Assembly (NCBI GenBank): GCA_040900375.1
Contig: JBBDZC010000003.1
Coordinates: 586-64,585 of the forward strand
Length of the DNA stretch: 64,000 nucleotides
DNA from: Candidatus Anderseniibacteriota bacterium
GTDB taxonomy: Bacteria; Patescibacteriota; Andersenbacteria; UBA10190
Direction of reading: 5' to 3'
The translations under genes and the position numbers were made by a program. Below the pieces are notes generated by a model. The model was given only the letters and a program-made list of their open reading frames with translations, searched no databases and had not been told where the DNA came from. Of this stretch, positions 1-8,199 are shown piece by piece. Position 1 is the stretch's first letter; every line of letters starts with the position of its first letter.

Positions 1-119
1 AAATACTCATGAATTTCAATCCCATTAATCTTCCGTGAGCCTGTTTCACTATTTAAAACTACTTGCGCTCGCGCTGTTTTGCGACGACCGAGACCATATT
101 GAGGAGTTTTTGATGCCAT
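1..119 (-). CDS. rpsI: 30S ribosomal protein S9, N-terminal part (runs off window)
   Basis: Manual translation MASKTPQYGLGRRKTARAQV...INGIEIHEYF has the S9 GRRKTA motif; follows rplM. Not in the ORF track. Confidence 0.93.
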   Translation of the reverse strand, partial: MASKTPQYGLGRRKTARAQVVLNSETGSRKINGIEIHEY

Positions 120-131
120 AGAGGATAATAG

Positions 132-569
132 TTATTTGGGAGAGGCAATTTGCGGTAGATGAGGATGAGTGGCACCCGCGTACAATTTTAGGTGACGCAT
201 GCGCTCGGCGCGTAAATTATTTTTGGGTAGCATGCCATAAATAGCTTCCTCGACAATCACGCGTGAATCACGCCGCCGTTGCTCGGCCACTGAACGTTCC
301 TTCAGGCCACCCGGGTAGCCAGTGTAGTGACGGTACATTTTTTGCGTTTCTTTATTACCCGTCAACACCACATGGTCGCAGTTTGTAATCACCACATAGA
401 CTGGCGCGACAACGTTTTTAGCAAAATCAAAACGATGTTTACCTAACAGCAAGGCAGCTGCTCTAGTCGCTAAGCGACCCAGAACTTCACCTTGGGCGTC
501 AAAATGGTGCCATTCTCCCGCATTTTCAGGAGTAGTTGGCGTATGGGTAGTAGTATCAGTTTTGGCCAT
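132..569 (-). CDS. rplM: 50S ribosomal protein L13
   Basis: WHHFDAQGEVLGRLA, YRHYTGYPGGLK and GMLPKN motifs. Confidence 0.97.
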   Translation of the reverse strand: MAKTDTTTHTPTTPENAGEWHHFDAQGEVLGRLATRAAALLLGKHRFDFAKNVVAPVYVVITNCDHVVLTGNKETQKMYRHYTGYPGGLKERSVAEQRRRDSRVIVEEAIYGMLPKNNLRAERMRHLKLYAGATHPHLPQIASPK

Positions 570-574
570 CGGTA

Positions 575-943
575 TTACTTTGTGGGGAGGGCCGTCACAA
601 TGTCAACCCGCACTGTTTTTGCCCCATCAGTCCGGGTTCGGGGCAGCTTAGTTAAGCGAAGGTAGCCACCGGGGCGCGTGTATACTTGAGCGGCTATGGC
701 TTGCAGTCGTGGTAAATCTTCGGCATGCAGCAGCTGGGCTAAAAGTCGTCGGCGTCGAGCCAATGTTAATTCTTTTTTTGCTTCAGTTACAAGCGGCTCG
801 AAGAAACGCCGGAGTTCTTTACCCTTCGCTTCAGTGGTGATCAAGGAGTTATACTTAAGCAACGCACTGGTGAGGTTACTGAGCAAAGCGTGACGGTGGT
901 GAGCCCTGCGGCTCAAAATACGATTGGCGTGTTTATGCTTCAT
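575..943 (-). CDS. rplQ: 50S ribosomal protein L17
   Basis: MKHKHANRILSR, TTEAKGKELR and RPGGYLR motifs; start moved to ATG at 943, overlapping the rpoA stop. Confidence 0.95.
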   Translation of the reverse strand: MKHKHANRILSRRAHHRHALLSNLTSALLKYNSLITTEAKGKELRRFFEPLVTEAKKELTLARRRRLLAQLLHAEDLPRLQAIAAQVYTRPGGYLRLTKLPRTRTDGAKTVRVDIVTALPTK

Positions 944-1904
944 GGCCGCTAGCTTGTTCTTCAATTGTGGCAATATGAGCGGCCCGGGCTTTCATAATAT
1001 CTTCAACGGCCTTTTCGCCTAATCCGGGAATATCTTGAATTTGTTCTTCTGATAGCTCTACGACTTGCTCCACCGTGGTAATCCCAACCCGCTCGAGAGC
1101 GTTGTGGACCCGCGAGGGTAACTGCAACAAACTCAAAGTATTTTCTGGTTCGGGTGACTCGGTTTCAGTGACTAGTTCCTCTACTTCTTCAGGACGTTGC
1201 GCCGTAAGCTGCTTTTCAAAGTCGCCCTTGAGCTCTTGGAAATGGTCAGTGAGAATAGCCGCCGCTTGCTTGAGAGCATCAATTGGTTTAACGGTGCCAT
1301 CAGTCACGATCATAATGGTTAACTTATGGTAATCTGTGGCTTGGCCTACTCGTACGTTTTCTACTTTAAAGCTTACTCGCTCGACGGGAGTAAAAATAGC
1401 GTCGAGGGCAATAGTTCCAATATCTCGCTGTTCTCGTTCCCGGGCTTCAGATGGGACATAACCGCGGCCCTGCTCTACCGTGCAACGCATTTCTAATTTA
1501 GCCTTGCTGGTAGTCAGTGTCGCAATCGGCAGATCGGGATTAGCAATTATGATTTCCGGGGGAGTGGTAAAATCACCAGCGGTTATCTTCTTTTCGCCGC
1601 TAACAGTAAGCTTAATTTCAATGGGTTGATCACTAGTGGAAGACAAACGGACTCGTTTTAAGTTGAGCATAATTGTCACCATATCCTCTTTCACTCCTTC
1701 AAGAGTGGAAAATTCATGATCCACGCCATCAATTCTCATATGGGTAATGGCAGCTCCGGGTAGAGATGACAACAGCACGCGTCGTAGCGCATTTCCCACG
1801 GTCGGACCGTAACCTGGGTAATACGGGTGAATCGCAAAGGTGGTGGTATTATCCCCTTCTTCAGTGATCTCGATATGTTCGGGTAAATAAATAGGCTGGA
1901 GCAT
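933..1904 (-). CDS. rpoA: RNA polymerase alpha subunit
   Basis: GYGPTVGNALRRVLLSSLPG, HEFSTLEGVKED, and an alpha-CTD (LPSRVHNALER, PGLGEKA). Confidence 0.98.
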   Translation of the reverse strand: MLQPIYLPEHIEITEEGDNTTTFAIHPYYPGYGPTVGNALRRVLLSSLPGAAITHMRIDGVDHEFSTLEGVKEDMVTIMLNLKRVRLSSTSDQPIEIKLTVSGEKKITAGDFTTPPEIIIANPDLPIATLTTSKAKLEMRCTVEQGRGYVPSEAREREQRDIGTIALDAIFTPVERVSFKVENVRVGQATDYHKLTIMIVTDGTVKPIDALKQAAAILTDHFQELKGDFEKQLTAQRPEEVEELVTETESPEPENTLSLLQLPSRVHNALERVGITTVEQVVELSEEQIQDIPGLGEKAVEDIMKARAAHIATIEEQASGHEA

Positions 1905-1932
1905 GGTAGTGCGTTAAAAAATAATAAGTAGC

Positions 1933-2508
1933 TTAGCGAGCAAAAAACTCGACTATGGCTTGAACATCAACCCCCACGTTCGCTTCCTCAATTGTTGGTA
2001 TTGCGGTCACCCGAAAACTAAAATCCTCGGCATCAATTACAATCCACGATGGCGAGTGTACATTCTGCATGCGCTTTACAAAATTAGCAAAGAGGGCCTT
2101 AGTGCGCTTACTGGAGCGGACCGATACAACATCTCCTGATTTTAAGCAGTACGAAGGGATGTCAACTGGTCGGTTATTAACGCTAAAAATTCGATGAGTG
2201 GTCAACTGTCGCGCCGCGGCCCGAGTGGGTGCAAAACCCGCACGGTAGACTGCGTTGTCAAGCCGGCGTTCAAGTAGGGCGATCAATTCCTTGCCAGTTT
2301 GTTCCTTCGCGCGCCGGGCTTGCGCATAATACTTACGTAATTGTTCTTCGCGGATGCCAAACAACTCTTTCAAGTTTTGCTTTTCTTCCATCTGGACGCC
2401 GTAGCGACTCTTAGGCTGACGCCGGGGTGCTTTCTGGCCACCGCGGGATCCTAGGCCAGGACTTTTGGGGCGCGTAGGAGCGGGAGGAGGGGGAGTTATA
2501 TCATTCAT
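1933..2508 (-). CDS. rpsD: 30S ribosomal protein S4 with atypical N-terminus
   Basis: YGVQMEEKQ, LLERRLDNAVYRAGFA and ARQLTTH motifs; the first ATG after the rpsK stop is at 2508. Confidence 0.95.
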   Translation of the reverse strand: MNDITPPPPAPTRPKSPGLGSRGGQKAPRRQPKSRYGVQMEEKQNLKELFGIREEQLRKYYAQARRAKEQTGKELIALLERRLDNAVYRAGFAPTRAAARQLTTHRIFSVNNRPVDIPSYCLKSGDVVSVRSSKRTKALFANFVKRMQNVHSPSWIVIDAEDFSFRVTAIPTIEEANVGVDVQAIVEFFAR

Positions 2509-2518
2509 AAAGTAAAAA

Positions 2519-2917
2519 TTAAACTCGCCGCCGCTTAGGTGCTCGGACGCCATTATGAGGAATAGGGGTGTTGTCACGAATCGCCGTCACACTTAACCCG
2601 GCTACTCCTAAAGACCGAATCGCTGATTCTCGGGCACTGCCGATGCCTTTAACGTATACTTTAACTTCTTCCATACCATAGGGCTTAAGTCGTTCCATGA
2701 CATCTGCCATAACCCGTTGGGCGGCAAAAGGCGTCGCCTTGCGCGCGCCGCTAAAACCCGCCCGTCCTGCACTGCTCCACACTAAGACATTGCCCGCTGC
2801 ATCGGTTACCGAAATAACTGTATTATTATATGAAGATTGAATATAAACACGCCCCTCGCGAACTTTGCGAATTTTTTTACCCTTCTTTTGTTTAGTGACA
2901 ATTGGTGTTGTAGCCAT
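2519..2917 (-). CDS. rpsK: 30S ribosomal protein S11
   Basis: SSYNNTVISVTD, KATPFAAQ and PIPHNGVRAPKRRRV motifs. Confidence 0.98.
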   Translation of the reverse strand: MATTPIVTKQKKGKKIRKVREGRVYIQSSYNNTVISVTDAAGNVLVWSSAGRAGFSGARKATPFAAQRVMADVMERLKPYGMEEVKVYVKGIGSARESAIRSLGVAGLSVTAIRDNTPIPHNGVRAPKRRRV

Positions 2918-2928
2918 AAAAAAGTAGA

Positions 2929-3321
2929 TTAGGTCTTCTCCGCTGCCGCTCGTCGGCCGCTGCCAGCGGTCCGTCGAACATTGCCCCGTACCGTGCGAGA
3001 ATTAGTCTTTGTCCGCTGTCCGCGTACTGGTAGATTCTTAGCATGTCGCAAACCACGGTAGGAATTGATATCTTTGTAGTGCTTAATATGCATGACTACT
3101 TCCCGCTTTAGTTCTCCTTCAACTTTTAAGTTTTTCTCAATGTAGTCGCGCAGTGCTTGCTCTTCCTGGCTAGTTAACTCGCGAGTTTTAGTATTTTCGT
3201 CAATGCGCAACTTTTGGAGAATCTTGGGACTTAAACTACGACCGATGCCATAGATACTCGTGAGGGCCACAACAATGCGCTTTTGATCAGGTAAGTTAAC
3301 ACCACTAATACGAATCGGCAT
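2929..3321 (-). CDS. rpsM: 30S ribosomal protein S13
   Basis: RISGVNLP, ALTSIYGIG and LPVRGQRTKTNSRT motifs; start set to ATG 3321, just after rpmJ. Confidence 0.97.
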   Translation of the reverse strand: MPIRISGVNLPDQKRIVVALTSIYGIGRSLSPKILQKLRIDENTKTRELTSQEEQALRDYIEKNLKVEGELKREVVMHIKHYKDINSYRGLRHAKNLPVRGQRTKTNSRTVRGNVRRTAGSGRRAAAEKT

Positions 3322-3325
3322 ATCG

Positions 3326-3439
3326 TTATCCCTGTCGTTGCTTATGTTTCGGATTCTCACAAATCACATACAACCGTCCGCGGCGACGCACGACTTTACA
3401 TTTAGCACAGATTTTTTTTGTTGACGATCGTACTTTCAT
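3326..3439 (-). CDS. rpmJ: 50S ribosomal protein L36 (Zn-ribbon type)
   Basis: Manual translation [37 protein letters not shown] (37 aa); below the ORF-track cutoff. Confidence 0.97.
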   Translation of the reverse strand: MKVRSSTKKICAKCKVVRRRGRLYVICENPKHKQRQG

Positions 3440-3445
3440 ACGTGG

Positions 3446-3664
3446 TTATTCTAAGCGCAAAAGAATGCGTCCTTTTGTTAAATCATAAGGAGACATGGCG
3501 ACTTTGACGCGATCACCCGGCAGCACGCGAATCCGATGGACGCGCATTTTGCCACTTAAGTGAGCAATAATCTCCTGTCCCGCATCTAAGCGAACCCGAA
3601 ATTGAGTGTTCGGTAAATTTTCCGTTACCTCACCTTCAAGTTCAACCGTGTCACCTTTTGGCAG
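3446..3664 (-). CDS. infA: Translation initiation factor IF-1, apparent CTG start
   Basis: [23 protein letters not shown]...HLSGKMR...PGDRV...[13 protein letters not shown] at 3664 gives 72 aa. The only upstream in-frame alternative is TTG at 3736. Confidence 0.93.
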   Translation of the reverse strand: MPKGDTVELEGEVTENLPNTQFRVRLDAGQEIIAHLSGKMRVHRIRVLPGDRVKVAMSPYDLTKGRILLRLE

Positions 3665-3760
3665 ATACAGTAAATTACTAGTTAATAGAGAAAGTTGAAA
3701 AGGTTCTAGATAGATATATATCGTGGCTCTTTTCAACCCTTGACTCTTATTGCTTGCCAG

Positions 3761-3860
3761 AAAACAAAATCATCCTGCCATACACAGGATGGGATGCCAT
3801 AAACAGTTTCCTTCCTTGACGTCCGTCTTAAAGCAATCCCAAGTTCGTGTAGTGCGGATA
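3761..3860 (-). ncRNA. Candidate structured leader or small RNA upstream of the infA operon
   Basis: ~90-nt imperfect rod (UAUCC/GGAUG, UACAC/GUGUA, GGGAU/AUCCC, AGACGG/CUGUUU) with an alternative CAUCCUG/CAGGAUG hairpin followed by AUUUUGUUUU; begins just after a promoter. Confidence 0.5.
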
Positions 3861-3866
3861 GGGAGT

Positions 3867-3895
3867 AGCGTAGAATAGCTTTAAGACCCTGTCAA
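3867..3895 (-). promoter_or_regulatory. Sigma70-type promoter of the infA-rpoA operon
   Basis: TTGACA-17 bp-TACGCT on the minus strand. Confidence 0.7.
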
Positions 3896-3907
3896 GCCCA
3901 CTAATTA

Positions 3908-5341
3908 TCAGGGTTGCCGCTCTGGCTGAAGATTGAGGATAATACGTTTTTCAATACGAGGGATGGATTGAACCCAAAAGGGCCATAAGTTCAAATCTAC
4001 CGATCGTACTCCAGGTAGGCCCTGGAGATAAGTAGTTGCCTCTTGGCGTTTACGACCTGCTAATTTTTCTCGAAGAGTTTCCAGTGATAGCTGCGGAATT
4101 GTGGTATGAGTGACTCGGACCAAGACTGTTGCTTCGGCTTGTTCCCAATTAATGTCCTCAACAGTTTTATTATAGGTAATAGGACCAGGAAAAAGCATAT
4201 ATTCTTGATCGAGGCGTTCTGTCAAAGCAATTGTCAGCTTGGCTTCAAGCGCTTGCTGCTCATAACCAATGACGCGAACAATCGAACGCGCCGTGTAGGG
4301 AATAGTTGCTTGTCGGCTATCAAGGGCCGCCTCGCTCGTAAAGGATATGATCTCGTTAGTCCAACTTTCCTCTAAAATAATCCAGTTTTGGGGTAGTTCT
4401 TGGCGAATCTCTTGCTCCACTTTGGCCCTCGCTTTGCTACCCGCATCTTGTCGCGCTGTCTCTAGGTCTTGTTCTTTAATAACCGCTACGTTCTCACCAG
4501 AACCCCCCGTTAAAGCTGTCGTCGCCTCCGCGTAGACCAAGGATTGAGCAGGTGCATCTAGGGCGGCGAAATTAAGACGTTGGGGTTCAATATTACTCTC
4601 GGCCCCCGCCTCGGCCGCTTCTACCTCTACACTGACAGTACCTGCTGGAGGAATTGTGGCGCTTTTTATCATGAAAAACAGCTTGTCATCCTGGGTTACG
4701 AGACGGCTGCGTTCTTTAATTTTTTGTTCATCAACAGTGCGATTAATGAGTTGCACTCTCCCCTGCGTCTTTGTGCCTATTACTTCAGTACTAGTCACGG
4801 TAGCCGAATCGGTGATCTCAACTTCGCGAAAAAAAGCCGAGCCGGGAATATTGCCAGAAGCTTCTGCTCCCTCGGCTTTAATGGTTAAACGTTCATCCAC
4901 CAGCAAGGGAGCCGTGCGCAACACCATTTTAACATTTGCCCGAGGAAGAAAAATAAACCCAGCGAGTAGGCTGGCCAGGATCACTAAACCAAGCAATGCG
5001 AGCACTACTTTGCGCTCACGGTGACCTAAACGGACTGACCGAGCCGGATTCTTGGTCTTAACCGCCGACGAAGGGGCTGAAGCTAGGCGGTTACCGCTCG
5101 CAGTTTTCTGCGGTGCCGCTACCTGAATATTAGTAACCGGTACCTTGGCGCCCGGAGGCAATCGCTTTGACTCCAGGGTTTTTTTATTAAAGTTGCTGGC
5201 CTGATTTTGATAAGTCGAGCGGGCATGCTCCGGAGAGCGCCCCGCCGGCACGGGCAACTTTGGCAAAGAGGAGAGCGGCGGCTTGTGATCACCAGGAAAA
5301 TCACGAGGATGCATATTGGGAGTAGGTCGTATATCACGCAT
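3908..5341 (-). CDS. Single-pass membrane protein with baseplate-J-like extracellular domain
   Basis: Pro-rich disordered N-terminus, TM helix VVLALLGLVILASLLAGFIFLP, and VEVEAAEAGAESNI and ALTGGS segments resembling baseplate J/gp47 folds. Confidence 0.65.
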   Translation of the reverse strand: MRDIRPTPNMHPRDFPGDHKPPLSSLPKLPVPAGRSPEHARSTYQNQASNFNKKTLESKRLPPGAKVPVTNIQVAAPQKTASGNRLASAPSSAVKTKNPARSVRLGHRERKVVLALLGLVILASLLAGFIFLPRANVKMVLRTAPLLVDERLTIKAEGAEASGNIPGSAFFREVEITDSATVTSTEVIGTKTQGRVQLINRTVDEQKIKERSRLVTQDDKLFFMIKSATIPPAGTVSVEVEAAEAGAESNIEPQRLNFAALDAPAQSLVYAEATTALTGGSGENVAVIKEQDLETARQDAGSKARAKVEQEIRQELPQNWIILEESWTNEIISFTSEAALDSRQATIPYTARSIVRVIGYEQQALEAKLTIALTERLDQEYMLFPGPITYNKTVEDINWEQAEATVLVRVTHTTIPQLSLETLREKLAGRKRQEATTYLQGLPGVRSVDLNLWPFWVQSIPRIEKRIILNLQPERQP

Positions 5342-5389
5342 ATCTAAACACTAATTATAGTCCCCTTTTATAGTTCTGCGCTACGGCCC

Positions 5390-7159
5390 TCATTCGAGGA
5401 CTGCCTTAATCCGGCGAATCCCCCCACCAGCTGATTCTTCTCTAGTAATCCGGAAGCGGCCAAGCTCCCCCGTCCGGGTAACGTGCGGCCCGCCACATAT
5501 TTCTCGGGAGAAGTCACCAATCATATAGACACTAACACGCTCGCCATATTTGTGGGCAAATAAACCCAAAGCTCCAGCGGCTGTTGCTTCCGCCACCGTC
5601 ATTTCTTCTTTGATCACAGGCAAGTCCGCCGTAATTTTTTCGTTAACCATGTGTTCTACTCGTTGCAATTGCTCGGCCGAGAGCTTCTCGGGGTGAGAGA
5701 AATCGAAACGCAAGCGCTCTTGGGTGATATTACTGCCTCGCTGCGTGACGTGGTTGCCTAAGATTACACGCAAAGCTTGGTGCAGCAGGTGGGTTGCGGT
5801 ATGGTAGTGGACTGATTCCTGCGAGTGATCAGCGAGTCCGCCAGAAAATTTACCGCGCGAGGCTTGCCGCGAGTCTGTCTGATGCTGCGCTAGCGCCTGG
5901 GTAAAGCTCGGCAGATCGACGGTCAATTGATGTTCGCGAGCAAGCTCTTGGGTTAATTCAATCGGAAAACCGTACGTCTCGTATAAGTGGAAGGCTTCAG
6001 TGCCAGAAATAGTGCGGGTATTGCGCTGCCGGAGCCGGTCAAAATGCCGCAACCCGGTCGTTATGACCGCCTCAAATTGGGTAATTTCAGCTTTCATCTT
6101 TTCTCGAGCCAAAGTCTCATGGCGTACCAATGAAGGATACGTTGAACCATATTGCTGCGTAGTAATATGGATGCCTTCATCCATAACCTCTGTCATATTA
6201 GTGATGCCCAGCACGCGCGCAGAGCGGACTGCTCGCCGAATCAGCCGGCGAGCCACATAACCCTGGCCTGTTTTTGAGGGCAGCACTGGATGTTCGTCGG
6301 CCAGAATGAAGGTCGCGGCCTTGAGGTGATCAGCCACAATCCGCTGGTGACGCTCATTGGGTTTACTGACGGCTGCCGCAATAGCCGCTACTAGTTCTTG
6401 GTAGGTATCAATTTCATAAATACTAGTCAGGCCCTGTAAGATCATCACCACTCGTTCTAAGCCCATCCCCGTATCCACATTTGGCTGCGGCAGGGTCTCA
6501 TAGCGGTCATTGGCTGTGCGAGTGTATTGCATAAAAACATCATTCCAAATTTCCACCCATCGCTTGTCCTGCGGATCAAAATGGACAGGCGCAGCCTCAT
6601 TCCCCGTCCAGAAAAACATTTCTGTATCTGGTCCTTGCGGGCCCAAGGCCTTTCCCCCTGCCGGCCACCAATTGTCTTTCTTGTCCAGGTGGGCTATGCG
6701 CTGCGGTGAGACCCCGCATTTTTCCCAGATTGTTGCTGCCTCGGTGTCACCAGGGGCATCGGCATCCCCCGCAAAGACGCTTACTGCCAGGAGGTTAGGA
6801 TCAATTTCTAACCACGCAGATGATGTTAAAAACTCCCAGCTCATCATGATTGCTTCACGCTTAAAATAGTCTCCGAGCGACCAATTACCAAGCATTTCAA
6901 AAACAGTTGCATGCGTGGCATCTCCCACCGCCTCAATATCGGTTGTCCGCAAGCATTTTTGGACACTGGTTAAACGCCGCCCAGCAGGATGAGGCTGTCC
7001 TTTAAGATAGGGTACTAAGGGATGCATACCGGCCGTGGTAAACAGCACCGAAGGATCGTTTTCGGGAATTAAAGGGGCACTGGGTATACGGCGATGCCCG
7101 TGAGCCTCAAAAAACTCGAGGTAGCGCTCGCGTAATTCATTAGAAGACAATTTTTTCAT
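5390..7159 (-). CDS. alaS: Alanine--tRNA ligase, short form lacking C-Ala
   Basis: FTTAGMHPL, FEMLGNWS and DTGMGLER motifs; editing motifs HTATHLLH and CGGPHV; ends at GIRRIKAVLE. Confidence 0.97.
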   Translation of the reverse strand: MKKLSSNELRERYLEFFEAHGHRRIPSAPLIPENDPSVLFTTAGMHPLVPYLKGQPHPAGRRLTSVQKCLRTTDIEAVGDATHATVFEMLGNWSLGDYFKREAIMMSWEFLTSSAWLEIDPNLLAVSVFAGDADAPGDTEAATIWEKCGVSPQRIAHLDKKDNWWPAGGKALGPQGPDTEMFFWTGNEAAPVHFDPQDKRWVEIWNDVFMQYTRTANDRYETLPQPNVDTGMGLERVVMILQGLTSIYEIDTYQELVAAIAAAVSKPNERHQRIVADHLKAATFILADEHPVLPSKTGQGYVARRLIRRAVRSARVLGITNMTEVMDEGIHITTQQYGSTYPSLVRHETLAREKMKAEITQFEAVITTGLRHFDRLRQRNTRTISGTEAFHLYETYGFPIELTQELAREHQLTVDLPSFTQALAQHQTDSRQASRGKFSGGLADHSQESVHYHTATHLLHQALRVILGNHVTQRGSNITQERLRFDFSHPEKLSAEQLQRVEHMVNEKITADLPVIKEEMTVAEATAAGALGLFAHKYGERVSVYMIGDFSREICGGPHVTRTGELGRFRITREESAGGGIRRIKAVLE

Positions 7160-7167
7160 GACCGCTG

Positions 7168-7196
7168 ATTATACCTATCCTGTTGGGCAGAGGCAA
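7168..7196 (-). promoter_or_regulatory. Promoter of alaS, probably leaderless transcript
   Basis: TTGCCT-17 bp-TATAAT, 8 nt before the ATG. Confidence 0.65.
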
Positions 7197-7259
7197 AAGT
7201 CGGCTGTTGTAGTTCAATGTGTCGACTCCACAAATAGGCAACGATTTTCTTAATATAAC

Positions 7260-7949
7260 TTAGAAGTATTTGCGCTCTTTTGAGTCTTTGATCAGTTCAT
7301 AAGCCGCCTCGGCAGTGTCGACAATAGAGTATAGATCCGCGTCAGGCAAAGAGATCGTCTGATATTTTTCTAAGAGGATTTGTTTAATCCACTGATCAAG
7401 CGGTGCCCAAAAATCATGACCGACACAAACCACAGGAACTGATTCCATCTTGCCTGTTTGCACTAAGGTGACCATTTCAAAAAATTCATCCATCGTGCCA
7501 AAACCGCCGGGAAAAAAGACATAGGCTTGCGCCGAGGCAGACAGCATAACTTTGCGAGTAAAAAAATAATGGAAACCAACACCTTTTTTCACATAGGCAT
7601 TTCGCCGCTGCTCCATTGGCAGTTCAATATCCAGACCGATTGATTCTCCCCCGCCCTCGTACGCTCCGCGGTTTCCCGCCTCCATAATTCCTGGCCCGCC
7701 ACCAGTAATTACTGTGAAACCGTTTTCTCCCAGAAGCCGCCCTAAAGCCTGAGCTTGTTGGTACCAGTGGGAATCTTCTTCGAGCCGGGCCGAGCCAAAG
7801 AAAGTTACTTCCCGGCGCAAGGCCGAGAGAAATTCAAAGCCCTCAATAAATTCAGCCATAATTCGGAAGACTCGCCAATTGGCATCTTCCGCAAAGTTGA
7901 AGGGTTTATCAATGCCGAATTTGTCATTCTCTTGAGCAATATCCCGCAT
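7260..7949 (-). CDS. LOG family nucleotide phosphoribohydrolase
   Basis: VTFFGSAR, ITGGGPGIMEAGN, FFTRKVML and PGGFGTMDE motifs. Confidence 0.93.
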   Translation of the reverse strand: MRDIAQENDKFGIDKPFNFAEDANWRVFRIMAEFIEGFEFLSALRREVTFFGSARLEEDSHWYQQAQALGRLLGENGFTVITGGGPGIMEAGNRGAYEGGGESIGLDIELPMEQRRNAYVKKGVGFHYFFTRKVMLSASAQAYVFFPGGFGTMDEFFEMVTLVQTGKMESVPVVCVGHDFWAPLDQWIKQILLEKYQTISLPDADLYSIVDTAEAAYELIKDSKERKYF

Positions 7950-8040
7950 GAACTACAGTATAGCATGTCTCGTGATAGTTCGTTGCCTTCTATTCTGCAA
8001 ACTAATAAGAATGCAAAAATTAACCCATGAGAGTTTTTAT

Positions 8041-8154
8041 CTGGAGCCCGTAAGCCCGAGGATGAAGGGCTTTGTCACTGTCCCGGCGGGGAGCCGGCAC
8101 GCCACAGACAAAAGTCCCCCGATACCACGGGCATAAGCCCGTAGTGACTTTTAT
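8041..8154 (+). mobile_element. Degenerate non-autonomous IS200/IS605-like palindromic element (TTTAT family)
   Basis: Preceded by TTTAT; ends GATACCACGGGCATAAGCCCGTAGTGACTTTTAT; shares GGATGAAGGG, CGGCG..GAGCCG and CC.GATACC blocks with 16481-16609. Confidence 0.55.
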
Positions 8155-8199
8155 TGCCCTCCGCAAATATCCTGCCGCTCGCCGCGGGGGCGGCTTTAT
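8155..8199 (+). mobile_element. 45-bp single-hairpin mini-element (TTTAT family)
   Basis: 36/45 identical, ungapped, to 30105-30149; preceded by TTTAT and ends TTTAT. Confidence 0.7.

Noticed and set aside
2509-2577. ORF-track N-terminal extensions of rpsD (similarly rplQ, rpsM, murC)
   Set aside because: They overlap upstream genes in other frames and have no homology to the families.
3771-3860. Leader rod as SRP (4.5S) RNA
   Set aside because: It contains GGAAGGAA, but the conserved CAGG/AGCAG internal loop and the stem-closed GNRA tetraloop are not present.
5380-5392. TGA read-through (genetic code 25 or 4)
   Set aside because: TGA ends genes at expected C-termini and forms ATGA overlaps, conserved genes have no internal TGA, and alaS read-through stops two codons later.
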